Positions 63,239-64,000 of a stretch of 64,000 nt of DNA are shown in pieces. The position numbers were made by a program, and so were the translations under genes. The notes under the pieces were generated by a model, which was not told the DNA's origin, did no database searches, and worked only from the letters and a program-made list of their open reading frames with translations. The DNA comes from an uncultured delta proteobacterium (GTDB lineage: Bacteria; Desulfobacterota; RBG-13-43-22): contig CAVQFQ010000010.1 of assembly GCA_963711835.1 (NCBI GenBank), positions 167,301 through 231,300 on the forward strand. The letters are read 5' to 3'. Numbering within the stretch: position 1 is the first letter of the stretch; the number at the start of each line of letters is the position of its first letter.

Positions 63239-63271
63239 AACGTAGGGACGGGCATGCTTCGTCCCTACGTT
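63239..63271. repeat. GTAG-type REP-like palindrome / bidirectional terminator
   Basis: AACGTAGGGACG-GGCATGCTT-CGTCCCTACGTT between convergent genes, followed by a T-run. Confidence 0.65.
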
Positions 63272-64000
63272 TTTTGTTTCCCTGTCACCGCGCGCCAGAC
63301 CACATTCAGCGCTTCCAAGCCCGTCAGGCGATGGCGGACCGCCGCATCCTCGTTGAGGTAGACGGGACCCTGCCCTTCCCGCCCCTTCATGATGTACAGT
63401 CCACGATCGGGGAGGTCAGCGAGCGCCGCCCAAAAATTCCAGAGCGGCAGATCATATTCGACAGCAAGCATCGCCATGTCACGATTGATGCGCTCATCCT
63501 TTTCGCGGTTATCGGCTTTCGTCGCCAGGATCGGCACAACGCCCGCGTCCATCAATTGCAGGATGACCTTGCGCAGGTATTCCGTATTACGCGACTCGAA
63601 GTGTGTGCCGATCTGAATGATGACAAAGGCTGGACGGTGGATACGCAGTTCACATTCCACCGGCGTCTCGGCAAACGTACAGCCAAATTTACCGCGATGC
63701 CACTGGTTCCACAGCAGCGATCCGGAAGTCGTGCCATCCTGGGCAGTGGGACTTTCACGGTTGAATGAATCCTGAAAGTAAGTGACCAACTCCTGTAACT
63801 CCGGTGAGAGGCTGTTCACCAATTCAGTGTCAGTTTCAAATGCGCCAAAGAATTCACCTGGTCGCGCCTGGCAATCGCCAAAGAGCGAAAAGGCGTGCGG
63901 GTCATTTCCAAGCTCCAGCCCTCTTTCATAAATCTTCTGCAGGCTGGGGTCGATCAGCTCAGGGATCACCGGCCAGGATTTCCACTGTGCCGGATCGCGG
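63265..64000 (-). CDS. SGNH-like hypothetical protein (starts beyond the window)
   Basis: FSLFGDCQ, CELRIHRP.F.II.IGT, G.VPILATKAD..E, YDLPLWNFW. Confidence 0.65.
   Translation of the reverse strand, partial: RDPAQWKSWPVIPELIDPSLQKIYERGLELGNDPHAFSLFGDCQARPGEFFGAFETDTELVNSLSPELQELVTYFQDSFNRESPTAQDGTTSGSLLWNQWHRGKFGCTFAETPVECELRIHRPAFVIIQIGTHFESRNTEYLRKVILQLMDAGVVPILATKADNREKDERINRDMAMLAVEYDLPLWNFWAALADLPDRGLYIMKGREGQGPVYLNEDAAVRHRLTGLEALNVVWRAVTGKQKT

Overview
This is a bacterial window, most likely from an anaerobic Desulfobacterota (deltaproteobacterial) genome or MAG; the taxonomy is inferred from gene content only. In order it holds: (1) the 3' part of a non-canonical cbb3-type oxidase operon with its maturation genes; (2) a mosaic metabolic patch (nudC, a phosphoketolase remnant, an lpd-like gene, glgP, dedA-mgtA, an MFS transporter); (3) a large nitrogen-assimilation cluster (porin-amtB-PII, then PII-glnD-glnA-glnE-glnA2), where two sigma54 promoters share a paired TACA-N4-TGTA upstream motif; (4) a 13-kb minus-strand operon that joins a split, GltD-less glutamate synthase to HdrCBA-MvhD-MetVF and has a sigma70 promoter followed by an ANTAR-type twin-hairpin/terminator leader. 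This operon is the best candidate for an undescribed system. It is flanked by a transposase scar and by the stump of a second glutamate synthase gene. The window continues with (5) a fadD-like gene, an enolase-family gene, a deacetylase and a Fur-boxed fur-feoB-DtxR/FeoA operon; (6) a Chloroflexi-style secreted repeat protein and a PilZ-cNMP-kinase/ABC/CruF-like operon; and (7) an abrupt junction at ~61967 into Anaerolineae-like sequence that starts in the middle of mutS2. Many single-base frameshifts (32.2-40.0 kb, 53.5-53.7 kb, 61.6 kb) look like sequencing errors. I saw no rRNA, tRNA or CRISPR array.
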